A DNA stretch of 64,000 bases from Phoronis australis. Taxonomy: Eukaryota > Animalia > Phoronida. Every line of letters begins with the position of its first letter. The stretch's first letter is position 1. Under the pieces are notes generated by a model, which did no database searches, was not told the DNA's origin, and saw only the letters and a list, made by a program, of their open reading frames with translations. Below, piece by piece: positions 46,816 through 59,610 of the stretch. The position numbers and the translations under genes are program-made. The stretch spans positions 1,087,755-1,151,754 of the forward strand of contig NMRA01000001.1 in NCBI GenBank assembly GCA_002633005.1, in the 5' to 3' direction.

Positions 46816-49520
46816 GGCTTTTCTTGAAGTTGCAAGCGAGATAGAACGCAAAATCTAAATCAATTATTGGCATTCTAGCCACAGACTATCCCTTCCGACC
46901 AACGACACCGCGTTTTATCTGAGTACAAATATATGACTTATCTTTGACAAGATGCATTTCCTTATGGGTAATAGCATGGATGTTGGATTTCCAATCCATT
47001 TATTTCGTAACTGTGAGCAGGGGTCAATTTCCTTTGAAATTTCATTAAACAATCACTTAGGTGTTGTGCGTGTCGTGTTGATCGATAAATCATTGTTTCA
47101 GTATTTGTTTTCTGAAAAATTTCGAGCGTGCTCTGTAGATATTTTTTCTAGTAAATCCCAAGGAGCTCAGTGTTGAGACAAAAAGAAATCTATCAAAAGT
47201 TTCACTAACAATGCGATGGTTATAGAAATCGTGGTGAACATATCAGGCACTTTAAAATAAAACGATGTTCTTGGCATTCAGTAACACAAACATTGTCAAA
47301 CGTGTTTTGAGCATCATGAAAAAAGTAATAGTTGTTGTTTCTGGTATTGAGCGTCGCTTTCTTATTTCGACGGTCATCTGCGGCAAATTTATCGAGGCCA
47401 TATGATACACTGTGAGACTGGCTATGGAATGCATCTGAGCAGTGAATGAGAGAGGATTTTGTGAAAATAAAAGTGACGAATACCAACACTTCACTGAGTC
47501 GAAGACTTTCATTCTGGGCCACAATAGGTTTGTCAACAAAAAGAATCCGTGTTTTGTCGCAACTTTTGAGAATCGACCCGGCCACCATGTACAGAATAAA
47601 AACGAAATAACGAACAATTAACGGCCTCAGTTTTTAAAGCGACAAAAACCGGGCGTGCTCTCTGTTGAGAAACCGAGTATTGATTTAGACTAAATACTGT
47701 TACGAAATTGGTCTGAAAATGACTTCTTCCGTAGTCAAAATAAAGGTATGACTTCTGGGCTCGGAAACTGAGAAATGGTCTTTAGAAATTTTTTAGAACA
47801 TGTGACATTACGTCACGGGACTTCAGTTTTTATCAAGCCAGAGGCCACTTCTAAACTGAAGAAGAAAAGTTTAATAACGATAAGTGGCCTAAATATAAAA
47901 CTTTTTGGAAAAAAGTGTATTGTGCTACTTTACCTAGACCTGCATTTCGCCCTGAAGTGGCAACTAACGAATCAACAGTCTTTTATGCTCATAAAATCAG
48001 TCTCATGATTTTCATACATTGTAGGATTCTATTTCCGTTACCAAGTTTAGTCGCAGGCAATTCATGCGTGACACGCACCATTTTTAAATTGGCGATTTTA
48101 GGGTTCAGGCCAACCCAACAAACTCTGGAAGCGTTTGGGAACGACAGCGATGAGGGGACCAAGCTGTCCGTAAGTGTTACCACTCGACCTCAATTTTACA
48201 TGACAAATCATGAGCCATAATAGATCGCAGCCGTCTTGTCACTAGGTTGGGCCTACTAGACTAGGGTAATAATCGGACGAAAGTGCGCCTAATGGCTTGA
48301 CACGCAAAAATTCGAATATTTAATAAATAAAACTGAGACACCAGGTCAATGTCGACTCTACGTCGTTCGATCATCAAACTTTCCCAAAATAGTTTAAGTA
48401 ATAAAATTGCAGCAGCATAACTAAATCGCTACATTTACAAACGTTTCTTTTACCAGAGAAAACTGTTAACCTATAGCGCAAGTAGGCCTACATACATGTG
48501 ATCCGCCACGGGAAAAGTGTGGGTGAATTATTTAAAAAATCTACCGAAAAATGATATGAATTCAAAGCGTCATGGGATAAACACAAAACATACCGAAACA
48601 GGTGTAGGTGAAGTAATATCCCGAGAGATATTTGCGTATCGACCTCGACCTTCGGTAAACACACATTGACTTAAAACTGTACAGTTGTCAACAAATAAAA
48701 ACTCATCGCAGCGTACGTTTTGGAAATTTTTATCCGTATGTCTTCCGCCCCAAAAAGCATTTTACACAAACTTTTCACGAGGAATTCAATTTTAGCCACA
48801 CAAGTTAAAAATTTAACCAGTTTCTGTCCTTGACATTTCAATTTATTCCAGTCAGTATTTTATCGCCTTGAAGACATCGCTAATGTGATAATTGCCTTTA
48901 CAACAAAAAAGGAGCTCAGATTAAATTCGTCAAATCAAAGGCGGGCGACAACATCGGTTCTCCCTGGTTGATATAGAGAAACATTGTCCAGCTACTGAGA
49001 CACCACTGGACGGCCCGGTTTCCTACCATTCTGCCTGTTGTTTTGTAGCACTTGATCAACTAGTTGGATACAAGATTGTAGCATACAAAGAATTCAATGC
49101 ATATCCACTCTGGTCCTTCCCATGACGCCCCGCTCCCCTGTTCAAAGTTACCGACATGGGGGAGGGGATTATTAAGATCATTCAGATAAGCGCAGTATTG
49201 TTCAGTTACGCGCCAGTCAGACCACTCCACAATGTTTCTCAGGCACCTAATTAAGCAATCCAGAGTTCTAGCGCAGATCACACCCAAACATTTTTTACCG
49301 TTTTCTAAACTGACAAGAATTAAGGGAAAATACTTAGTCCTCAATATACATACGAAAAAGTTTAATGTATAAAGTATACAATAAGTAATCTTGTGTACAA
49401 GAGGTGAGACTGCTTTATCAACAGCATATATGATGATCGCTAAGTATCACATTCACATGGGCAAAAATTCCCTACAAAGACATCATATAATTATCACCAA
49501 AGGGAATCTAGACAATGGTG

Positions 49521-50357
49521 CAGTGGCGGATCTAGGATGTCACAAGGGGGGAGCAACATTCTGTCTGTAAACATTTGCGCAAAGCACGATTGTAGATGCG
49601 CATAGCACCGGGGGGGAGGTCGGGAGGGGGGTTTGCCCGAACTCACGACCTGACGGATCGTAGAGCGGCGCGTGCTTAACCCCTGCACCACCACGATTTA
49701 ACTACTAATTAGTTACTAAAGACCTACTTGATTATGATCCACAGCGTTTGCGCGCGAAACTTTCTTCTTTTTGTTATGTTTATTACACTTTTTATATTTT
49801 GTGCAATCAGTTCGTAACAAATTTGTTGTATTTAAAACAGTCTTCAATTGCCCAAAAGATCGTCATTCAGATTCCATTTTCTTTATGATGAAGTAACTTT
49901 CTTCATTGCACAGTGAAGCAGACGACGGAAACGGAGTGGTGTGCTTGTTAGTACGCAGTGCCACTGCCGGTCGCCTGGGATATCGCGGGATCGAGAGCCT
50001 ATACTTAGCCATAGTTCCATTACGATTGAGCTGTGTTCCGAATATTTGACACTTGAAATTGGATCTGAGCTCCTGCCCCCCGAACACACTAAAACTGCAC
50101 ACATTTCAATCTTGTTTCCGCCGTATAATTTTAATTACCGGGATTAATTAATAAACTCAACATTTCCCTACGCTCTTGCTGTTTTATTTTTTTGCGGCAG
50201 CCAAGGGGGGGGGTCCCCTGCCCTCCCCCCCTAAATCCGCCCATGATTACCGGGGTTAATTAATAAACTCAACATTTCCCTACGCTCTTGCTGTTTTATT
50301 TTTTTGCGGCAGCCAAGGGGGGGGGTCCCCTGCCCTCCCCCCCTAAATTCGCCCATG
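49521..50357. mobile_element. GC-rich-ended hAT-like MITE with tandemly duplicated right end (112 bp x2, 50134-50357)
   Basis: CAGTGGCGGATCTAG at 49521; CTAAATCCGCCCATG ends at 50245 and CTAAATTCGCCCATG at 50357. Related ends occur at 53285-53450 and 57218. Confidence 0.5.
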
Positions 50358-50589
50358 ATTACCGGGGTTCAGTAATTAATNCCCCCCCCCCCCCTAAATC
50401 CTCCTATGTGGTGAATGGGACCCGATCGCTACTAACGTCGAAAGTTGATCAAGACAGTGTACAAAGTTGCGTGTGTGCGTGCGTGCATGGCGTGTTTGCG
50501 TGTTTCCAGTCATCGGTCTGCCTTGTGCGGCACCTGACGGAAAATGTACAAATATCACTTTTGTAACTTCTTTGTTAGAGATATCCAAT

Positions 50590-53500
50590 ATGGCTGAATC
50601 GAGTGAACGAAATTTGCTCCAAATGCCTTCAGAAATAATTTCCCACGTCTTATTATACTTGCCATATGACCAGATAAGCAACGTAAGATTGGTAAGTCTA
50701 CGTAAATTTTATGTGAATATTTCTTTTTATCTCGAAATTGAGCCATTTTTAACCTCGAACACGGCCGTCATCTCGCCTGTGCTAGTATAGCAGTGTAGCT
50801 AGGCATCCTGAGCTATTTTGGTACTAACTATCACTATGAATCAATGATAGCCCTCTCGTGTATTTTGCCGACCGAATGTTAGCGCCAGGAGCTGCAGATA
50901 ACTTTTGAGTAAAAATATTCAGAAAACCAGATAAAAAGTTCAGACTAACCCGTCAACTTTGTCCTTAGATGTTCTTTAATCCTTTACTCTTTTAATTAAG
51001 TTACATTCGATCGATTACCACCAGGGGCAGGGCAGAGGTAGAGTCTTATTCATCAGTGCAATTTTGTTGGCGTTTTTGGTAGTGTATTTACATCCAATCT
51101 GTTATTCTCAATTTTTTCTGTACACATTGTTTAGTATGCTTTATGTTATCTATCAAAAACTAGATTGGTTGAGCATTCCCATTACAGGGTTATTGCATCT
51201 ACGCCTTTGGCGTCCACAGGCAATGTATTGTCTACACCTTTGCTTGCCATTGTCAGAGCCAAGAAACTGTAACTGCTCCCTCTGTTGTTGCATTTAACCA
51301 TAAGATCAACTCTTACATTTGCAGGTGAGTAAGAAGTTCGATGCAATATGCCAACAACTGCTGAATCAAGGCTTCAGCCAAGTGGATAAATATCACAGTT
51401 ATGTGCAGAAGGAAGTAAAGGCACAGTTGCCACGACGAGAGTCGGAGCGACGAGTACACCACCTCGCCAGACATGTTGACATTCTGTCGGCCATTGAAAC
51501 ACGCCTGTCTCTTCTCAGCATGACGTACATGAAATATGTCACATCAGGAATCTGCTGCTTTATTCCTGGCAAGGTATAAAGTTGGATTTGTTTGATTGGC
51601 CATTATGTTCTGTTTGTGTGGGGAACACAGAGCTGAACTCATTTTTTTAATCACATACCACGTACTAGTATACCGAATATGAAATAAACGGAGTGTAACC
51701 ATTTGCTTTCTTGCTGATATCATGATGACTTGGAAGGCTGTGGCTTGAGGTTTTCAATCTGGGGCAAGGACGTGGGCACGGACCAGGGACAATTTCCCTG
51801 TTGAGCTAATTATTGTCTCTTTTCATTGTAGGTCATTGATGAAATCTTTAGTGTTCTGAGATATTTGAAAGCAAATCAGACACCGCCTCACTCACATGAA
51901 TTGCTCCGGGAACTGCGTGACATCTCATCCATGGCCATGGAACACTTTGACGAGAAGATTGCCCCCAGGTTCAGAGGTCAAATAAAATCAACCAATCAAA
52001 CGTCAATGAGTGAACCTCGACCTGGTAAGTGACATTGAGTCTGTGAAATCAAAAACTATTTGTGGTGAATTTTAAGTCTTCTACCTTGTAGTCTTTCATG
52101 TTTGTTTTTGATTTTTATCTGAATCTGTTCTAACTGAATCACTAAATAATTTGATCCGTCCGGTAGATACACTGAGTGGGTAGTAGTGGGTTCGTTTTCG
52201 CAGAGACAAAAATAGACGAACCTCATCAACATCTATTCTCAAACTAATTTCAAAAGGCCTATTGTGTGTGAGCGACACCCATAATTTACAAACGTCTGCA
52301 AAGTTCAAGCCAACATTTGGACTAGTTCCCCCTTCAAGCCCAAAATGATATCATGACTTTCTGACTTGCACTCTTCTTTGATATTTGTTTTGTTTTTTGT
52401 TTTGCTTTGTAATACCACTGCTACATCCCTATTCTTCTCTGTCAACGTTACAGGTGTGTATTCTAAATACCTCGATGGGGCTTCCAGCTGCGCCCCAGGT
52501 GCGCTGTTGCAGCAGCCAGGTGAGAAAAGAAATACGTTGAGAGTTATCAAATATCGATAAACATTTTGTGCTCACCGCAATTCTTTATTAAAGTGTGCGA
52601 GACTGATGACTGGAGTATAAGTGGGTTTGTGGCTTGTTCATGATGAACACTGGCAATATATTAAAAGTACAATGCAAGTAAAGCCAAAAAAATATCAGTT
52701 CTGGTCTCTACCCCGACTTATTTTGAGCCCTACGCTCTCCGTCTAAAAAAAAACGCCCACCTTCATCAATTTCAGCAATAGTTTCATTTTTATGAGAACT
52801 GCAAGTTAGAACACTCAAACAAGGGTATGCAAGATTTGAAATGCTATGATTCGTCAAGCGATGAGTAAAAAATCTAAATACACCTCACTTATTTGAGCTG
52901 TTGTCTTTGATTGGTACTACATGACTTTCTTGATTCTTCGTTCTTGATATTCTTTAGTTATGGTGAGGAATACCATGGGCAGACTCTATTGGTGGAGATT
53001 CATGCTACACCAGTGTATCTATTTGACAAAAATCTATCCAGCATAAATTACTTTTCAGTTTGTTTCCCCTCACGCGACTGATGGTAGCATGTGTGCATAA
53101 CTCAAAACATTCTATTTTTTAAAATGCACACTTTCCACGGTGGTTAAAATCCTGGAAACGAAATATTTTGCAGCATAAATGAGTGTGCCCTGACAATCAA
53201 ATGTGGAAAAATAAGTCCTTGTACCCACCGGCCGACCCATCTGAGAAGTCTGAAGTAAAGCAAGGGAAATGAATGTTTCAGGGCCAATGGTGGATTTAGA
53301 GGGGGACCAAGGGGGCCTGGCCCCCCTCCTAAAACTCTAGATTTCATTTGGCAGTTTGGGGGTGCGAATGTCTGATGGNTCTGATGGGCAAAACCATGCA
53401 TAATACTCTGCCCAGGCCCCCCCGAACTCAAAATCCTGGATCCGCCCCTGAGGGTTACGTCATTTGGATGGCGAGTGTTCTTTGAAACTTCCGAAAACAT

Positions 53501-54113
53501 TACAAAGTCCATACCCTTAACGGAAGGAGTGCAAAGTGTGGATATGTTGGTCGTATTGTAACACGTTTGTCTATTTTTCTGTGACAATTCCACAGCCACA
53601 AAACTGTGAGCTACTACCTCAGTCTATCTTCCAGGAACATCAAATGATGGGCTCCCTGCCACCCCCGTTCCTCAAATGAGATTTCCGTCATTACGTAAGG
53701 ACATCATGCGATTGCAACAACAGATGCGAGCATGCTCCTCAGCTCTAATTACATCCAAAAAAGACGTGGCAGACGTCAAGAAGAAACTGGGTGAACAAAA
53801 CACAAAAATTCAGGACCAAAATAAGAAAATCGTAGATCAGAATCGACTCATAGCTGAGCAGTTTACGAAGATTGCTGAGCAAGATCAAAAAATCAGTGAC
53901 CTGACACAGAGACTTACCGAGTACGGTCACAAATTTGTGAGCACCGAGCAGCAACTTAGAGAGGGCGAAGAAGTGTTAGTAAAAGATGCTAAAGATCGTA
54001 GAAATAAGGAAACCAAATGTCGTCCACTGAAGAAGCGAAAATGTGCTCAGAAATCTGACGCTTATGAATGTGAGACACCTATAGCTAAACGTACCCGTGC
54101 TAGGTTAACTTAG
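50590..54113 (+). CDS. FBXO28: F-box only protein 28
   Basis: Exons 50590-50691, 51325-51573, 51832-52024, 52454-52519, 53635-54113. F-box LLQMPSEIISHVLLYLPYDQISNVRLVSKKF. FBXO28 signatures KAQLPRRESERR, DILSAIETRLSLLSMTYMKYV..CCFIPGKVIDE and ELRDISSMAMEHFDEKI. C-terminal coiled coil and basic tail. Confidence 0.93.
53285..53450. mobile_element. Small GC-rich hAT-like MITE in an FBXO28 intron
   Basis: CAATGGTGGATTTAG ... CTGGATCCGCCCCTG; flanks AGGGC / AGGGT. Confidence 0.6.
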
Positions 54114-55148
54114 GCTCATATTCTTGTTCAATTTCTCGTCCTCTCATACTGTAGTAAGTAATGCTTGCTTTACTTGTTTGTGTAGTTAACAAACTGGTAT
54201 TCTTAAAGTGCCAGCCAATCGCTATGACTATTAAATGCGAGTCATCAAAGATTTGTAGAAGTGCTAAAATCATGAACTCGAGAAATTGATTAAAAAAGGT
54301 TCTGCAATATCCATTGATAATGGCAGAATGTTGAAGTTTGCCATGTTGCTAGGTCAGTGGGCTATAAAATAGTTTGTGTACAAAAAATTAATGTGCTACG
54401 CCACTGACAGTTTATGTGTAACAGGTGGTTTTAGTTATTATATAATATATTTTGCTATCACGATGCCATCAAGTCACCGTGGATTGTTTTGCGCTGGGAT
54501 GTTCTGGTGATTCACACAAACTCTAATGTCACAAAATGTTCGTGAGTAAGAGAAAGTGTGTTCCATCTTAGCTAACTCGGCCTGTCATGAAGACCAAAAT
54601 TTGAAATTTGCAGAATTCACCTTTGTAGTCTCATGAAGAGTTCTGTTCGTTATTATTTGTTTATGGTGTTTGATGATATATTCATATGTTCATTATATTT
54701 TGGTTAAAAACCCTTCAGTCATTTTATTAGTTGCAAAGAAACTTGTGGGATGATTTTGTTTTTGATATAAAGCCAAGTGACATGTCAAAATGTCCAAACT
54801 TGTTTACTCTTTAATAGTAATATGAAATTTTGTTAAATGGTTCTACACTGACTGTAATTCAATACGCTCAAGATCTCAAATAAGATGTGTCGTATTTAAT
54901 AAAATTTGCCTCATGGAAGGGCTATTCCTTAAAAACAGTTGTAATGTTAGAAAAAATCATTGATGGTGTATGACTACGAGTTTGTGTTTTGAATATTTTG
55001 CTAACCTGTGAGAAATCTTACTTAAATCCCTTCAAAAGTGCTTGTAGTCTGTAAAGATTTTCTGCTGGTGATGTGACCCAAATTGAGGATAACGTAATGG
55101 ATTATAGAATGAAGTAGTTCTTAAAATGAGCTGGCGAAGAAAACATCC

Positions 55149-56585
55149 TTTTTATTCACCCACGTATTTGTATGTGGGTGCATATCGCTGTCGTCTCTGT
55201 CTGGGCATCCGACATCCGCTGCTGTATCTCCTAAACCCCTTTGCCAGATCTCAATGAGATTTGTCAGATGTGTTCCTATGAAGCTGACTACAGGTGACGA
55301 CAGACCGCCCCTCTTTTTCTTTGGAGCTCCTTGGATAAATTTTCACAAAATTTGACAAATAGATTTCTGTTTAGGAGATGACAACAGCTTTCCATTTTCT
55401 GATGGATTTGATGTATTCTGTGCCACCTAGTGTGCATTTATGAAGACACCTCTAAATCTGCCAAGCAGTTCAAAGGATCATTGTGAAAGTTGGCATATGT
55501 GTTTGTGATGAGAAGACCGCTGTGACCTTGAGTTTGACACGCCCTAGTAGCGTTTTTGTGTGTGCACCTGTTTCTCCTCAATCCTTTGAATGATCTTTGT
55601 GAAATCAAGCAGATGTGTTCCCATGGAGTGGACAAAGAAGACTACGAGTTCCAGACAAATCCAACTGTTACTGTGCCCCCTAGTGGCAATTTTAGTTTAC
55701 TTACATTTGCCTCTGTATCTTCAGTTTCTGGATAGATTTTCATGAAATTGTGGCAGTTGGGATTCTTTTAAGGAGATGACGATGCCATTCAGTTTTGTAT
55801 GGATTCGATACATTTTTGCGCCATCCAGTGGTCATTTTTGTTTTTTCTAATCTTTTTTGCACTTCATACTTAATCCACCAAACTGCCCAAAGGATCATTC
55901 TTAAAACCTAGCAAATGTGCTCCTTATGAGAAGATGGTGGGTGACATTGATTTTTAGAAGAGTCTGAGAACTGTGGTGCCCACTAGTGGGATTTTTTTTG
56001 CTTCCACGGCTGTATCTCCTTTGCAGGATCTTTGTGAAATTTTGCTAGTGTTACCCTATAAATGAGTCAACGTCTGCCCACGTTTTCAACAACCCTGACT
56101 ACCGCTGTGCTTCCTAATAGCAATTTTAGTTCCTGTTTGCCTCAATCTGTATGTTAAGTGCTCTTTGAGAGTTTTTCATGTAATTTGGCAAATATTTCTA
56201 CTGAAAAGCATGACCAACATGGCTTTTTAGATGGGTACACCTCCTGTAGTGCCCCCAAGTGGCATTTTCTGCTTTTGCTGCTTATCTCCCAAAATTTTGG
56301 CGTCTTCCTATGAATTTGACCACAGATGGACAGATTGGACTACTGCTTGGCCTGCTAATGGCAGTTAATTTTTCATGTTTCAAGTTCTTTGACAGATTTT
56401 CATGACATTTAAGAAATGGTTTTCTATTCAGAAGGCGATGATACCTTCTCATTTTTGGACAGGTGCGACACATATGTAGTCAGCACCATTTAATGGCCAT
56501 TTTTAGACTTAAATTACGTAAATCTCACTAGAAGCCTCCCATTTGCAGCTGTGGCTACATTTCAATGCTCAGTGTTCTTCTTGTT
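55149..56585 (+). mobile_element. Helentron-associated (HINE/DINE-like) non-autonomous element with internal tandem subrepeats
   Basis: T-run then hairpin CACCCAC..GTGGGTG (55157-55180), a short GTC-like tract, about 10 degenerate 90-160 bp units (GATTTTCATGAAATTTGGCAGATGTG...GCCCCCTAGTGG), and a weak 3' hairpin followed by CTTGTT. Confidence 0.55.
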
Positions 56586-59500
56586 GAAGAAATAAATGTA
56601 CCAACCTGGCGTACTTTCAGTAACACTGGGACCTAGCTAAAATCTAGACATTAAGTCATGTGATCTCATTTGAAATACACGGAAGTATCTCACATAATCT
56701 AGGGAAGTCTTGCTTTTTAGCGAGGTCCTCGCGTAACTGAACGCACGCCTGGATCAGCTGTTAAGGAAATTGCACGAGTATCGATTATCAATTCAGTGAT
56801 ATAAGCAATGCATGTGCAATCTGTGTCCAAGCAATCTGTTACAGTGAATCCTGTTAGGGCTTAGGATTGCTATGATAATGCCGCTACAAAGCTCTGTATT
56901 ATCCGTTGCTTGCACTTTTAATGGGATACTTGTTTTTCCTACCAGTCTTGTGCAATATTATTTGATGTGTTTTTGTTTTGTTTTGTTCATATAAATCTGT
57001 AATTATTTTTTCTAGCTGCAGCATCAAATACATAGTATTAGCAACAAGTTTCATGACTCTTAGTGGGCAAGTTCACTTTTTCCCGTTTGACTAAGTACTA
57101 TAATAACCGTCATCCACAATGTTCAACAAAAATGGAATGCTAACATATATTTAAGGTTATGTAGGACCATAGAATAATGTCCTAATTTGGCTAAAGTTGG
57201 AACATCATGTCTAAGAACAGTGGCGGATCTAGGATACCATAAGGGGGGGCCCAACATATTGTCTCGGGGAATCGGGCAAAGTGCTATTGTATGTGCAGCG
57301 CAGACCCGAAGATGCGGGAACCGGGTATGACGTGAACCATCTGTTCAGGGAATCTACTGGTGGTCTAAAAAAAAAGAAAGAAAAAAGGGAACGCCGTGAT
57401 CTGGGGCACCCCTTCTCCGCGTCCTAGTTACTTACTCAATATTTCCTCGTGCTTCACGCTGTTGCTGTTCCATTTTTGCTTACGGNAAGAAATAGAAAAT
57501 TGTATTCATATGAAACTTTCAGTTACTGCCATGCTTCATGCACTGTCCTCACTTTTAAATTGCTCCACTTTGGATGAGGGGCTACGAAAAGTTGCATAAA
57601 ATGAAATAACATAGAAAAGTGAAACGGTATTGTTGTGATTTCATCTTGAAATTTGTTCATGTTATTGATACCGTTGTTTTTCTGTGGTTGTATCTTTTTT
57701 GCTAAATTTTTACTAAAAGTCGTGGTTATGTGACCCAGTCAATAGCAGATTGATAACAAGTCGGAAATCAAGTTCTGTAGGCTTTCTGCTTTCACAAATT
57801 GTATACTTTGGTTGAGTTTCAGACTTGGAACAAAACACTGGTTACTTCCAGCTATGCCTATTGATAATCAGTCCTACAAAATTTATTTTAAATAAAATTT
57901 AATAGGTGAGTGTAAAAATATCAAAATTTCAAAACCCAATATTCCTGAAATAAGCTTAAGATGTTAATTGTTTTTTTCTATGTATAGTATTTGGTACAGT
58001 GTACATAGATTAGATGGTATACTGGTACATTATAAAATAACAATAAAAGTCATAGCCATCACATGGACCGTAATTTTTTTTTAAATTGACGAATTGAATT
58101 TGCATATCAAGTCTTATCCAACTGTACTGTGTTTGTATTTGAGTAAGACAAAAATCAAGTTATTTGAACTAGTCCATTATCTAAAATCCTAATGTGTGAC
58201 TTATTCCCAAGGCAAAAATCTGACTTGCACGGATTTGACTAGTGCAGGATTTTTTACAGTCAAGAAATTAAATTACCTATGCTTAGCCTTCCAAACTTGT
58301 GTACAATTAAAACATTCACAAAATGTTTCTAAAACACAAACACCATTACATAGAAAACAGTCATAAAATAGACTCCATAACCTCTAAACTTAATTACATA
58401 TCTTGTAAAACAACGGTTGTGTACTTGTATGACGCTACCAAAAATATTTAATACTTATTGGACACAAACATGACAGTCACATAATTAGTACCAAGACCTA
58501 CAGATGTCTCTAGTCGTATGTTTTAGCACAGGCTAATGCACAATTTTCTGATACCATACTTATACCACAATTCATGATTTTCCAAGCAAGGAACCTTACC
58601 ATTCATACATTAAAGGAAACAAAACACATGGAAGGGTCAAGGGTTATTGTTAGCACCATCCACTTTTGTCTTAATAATGGCAATGTGAAGAGACTACAAT
58701 GACTCTTCTTGCTTTTTTCTCACATCAAAAAAAAAGAATTTTTTGGAAACAGTCGTCATGTCAACCAAGTTGATATACAGATGAACAGCACCTACATGCT
58801 ATGTAACTATGTAAACTTATCACTGGTCCGTGAATGTTTCCAACTTTTTGTTCACTTTCAGGGAAAAGTGTATGGTGTGTATACTTGTAAAGATGGAGAT
58901 AATTGTGAATGGTTTACAATGCTGTCACTTAAATAGTCTAGTTAAAACACACAAAAACCTGAGACGAAGCTGATAACTTTCAACACCAGGCAATATTCGA
59001 AAACATTTATATCTGGTAAAAAATCGCTAAAATATAATATTAATACCAAAATCGTGGGCTATGAGTAGAAAAATAAACAAATTAAAATCAATTGGGGACA
59101 CAAAAGGAATGACAATGTGATTTGTATATTGAGTAGGTGACCCACTATAAATAACATCATATATTACTATTGAATTAACTAAAAAAGTGACTAGGTCAAG
59201 TCATCATTTTGACATGCTGAACATCAGAAATGATGCCATAAACTTTATTGTAGTGAACGCTGTACTAGCTGGAACGTCTCCTAGATGATCATACGAAAAG
59301 TCCTACTTCATTCCAAATTTGGATCATGGACACTGTGCAGTGTGTGCCAACTTTTTGTGCCCTTACCAGGGCTGTGTTCCATAGACCCATGATAATGGCA
59401 AGATAAGCCAATGTGACCATATGCTTCACTTGTAATGCACGATAATATCTTGCGAAGACTTTAATGTGTGAAGTTGTATTTTTGCACGATTGTTGCACCT

Positions 59501-59610
59501 AGGGAACGCAGCCCAGTTTTCAGCAATGGTTTCTACTTCTACTAAGTTCCAAATCCTAAGTTGAGTCCTCAGTCAAGACTTCAGACCCAAGTAAATTTAA
59601 TATTGACAGT

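Noticed and set aside
53596-53634. Upstream acceptor (cacag at 53595) for the last FBXO28 exon
   Set aside because: Gives an immediate in-frame TGA; the acceptor at 53634 keeps the frame.
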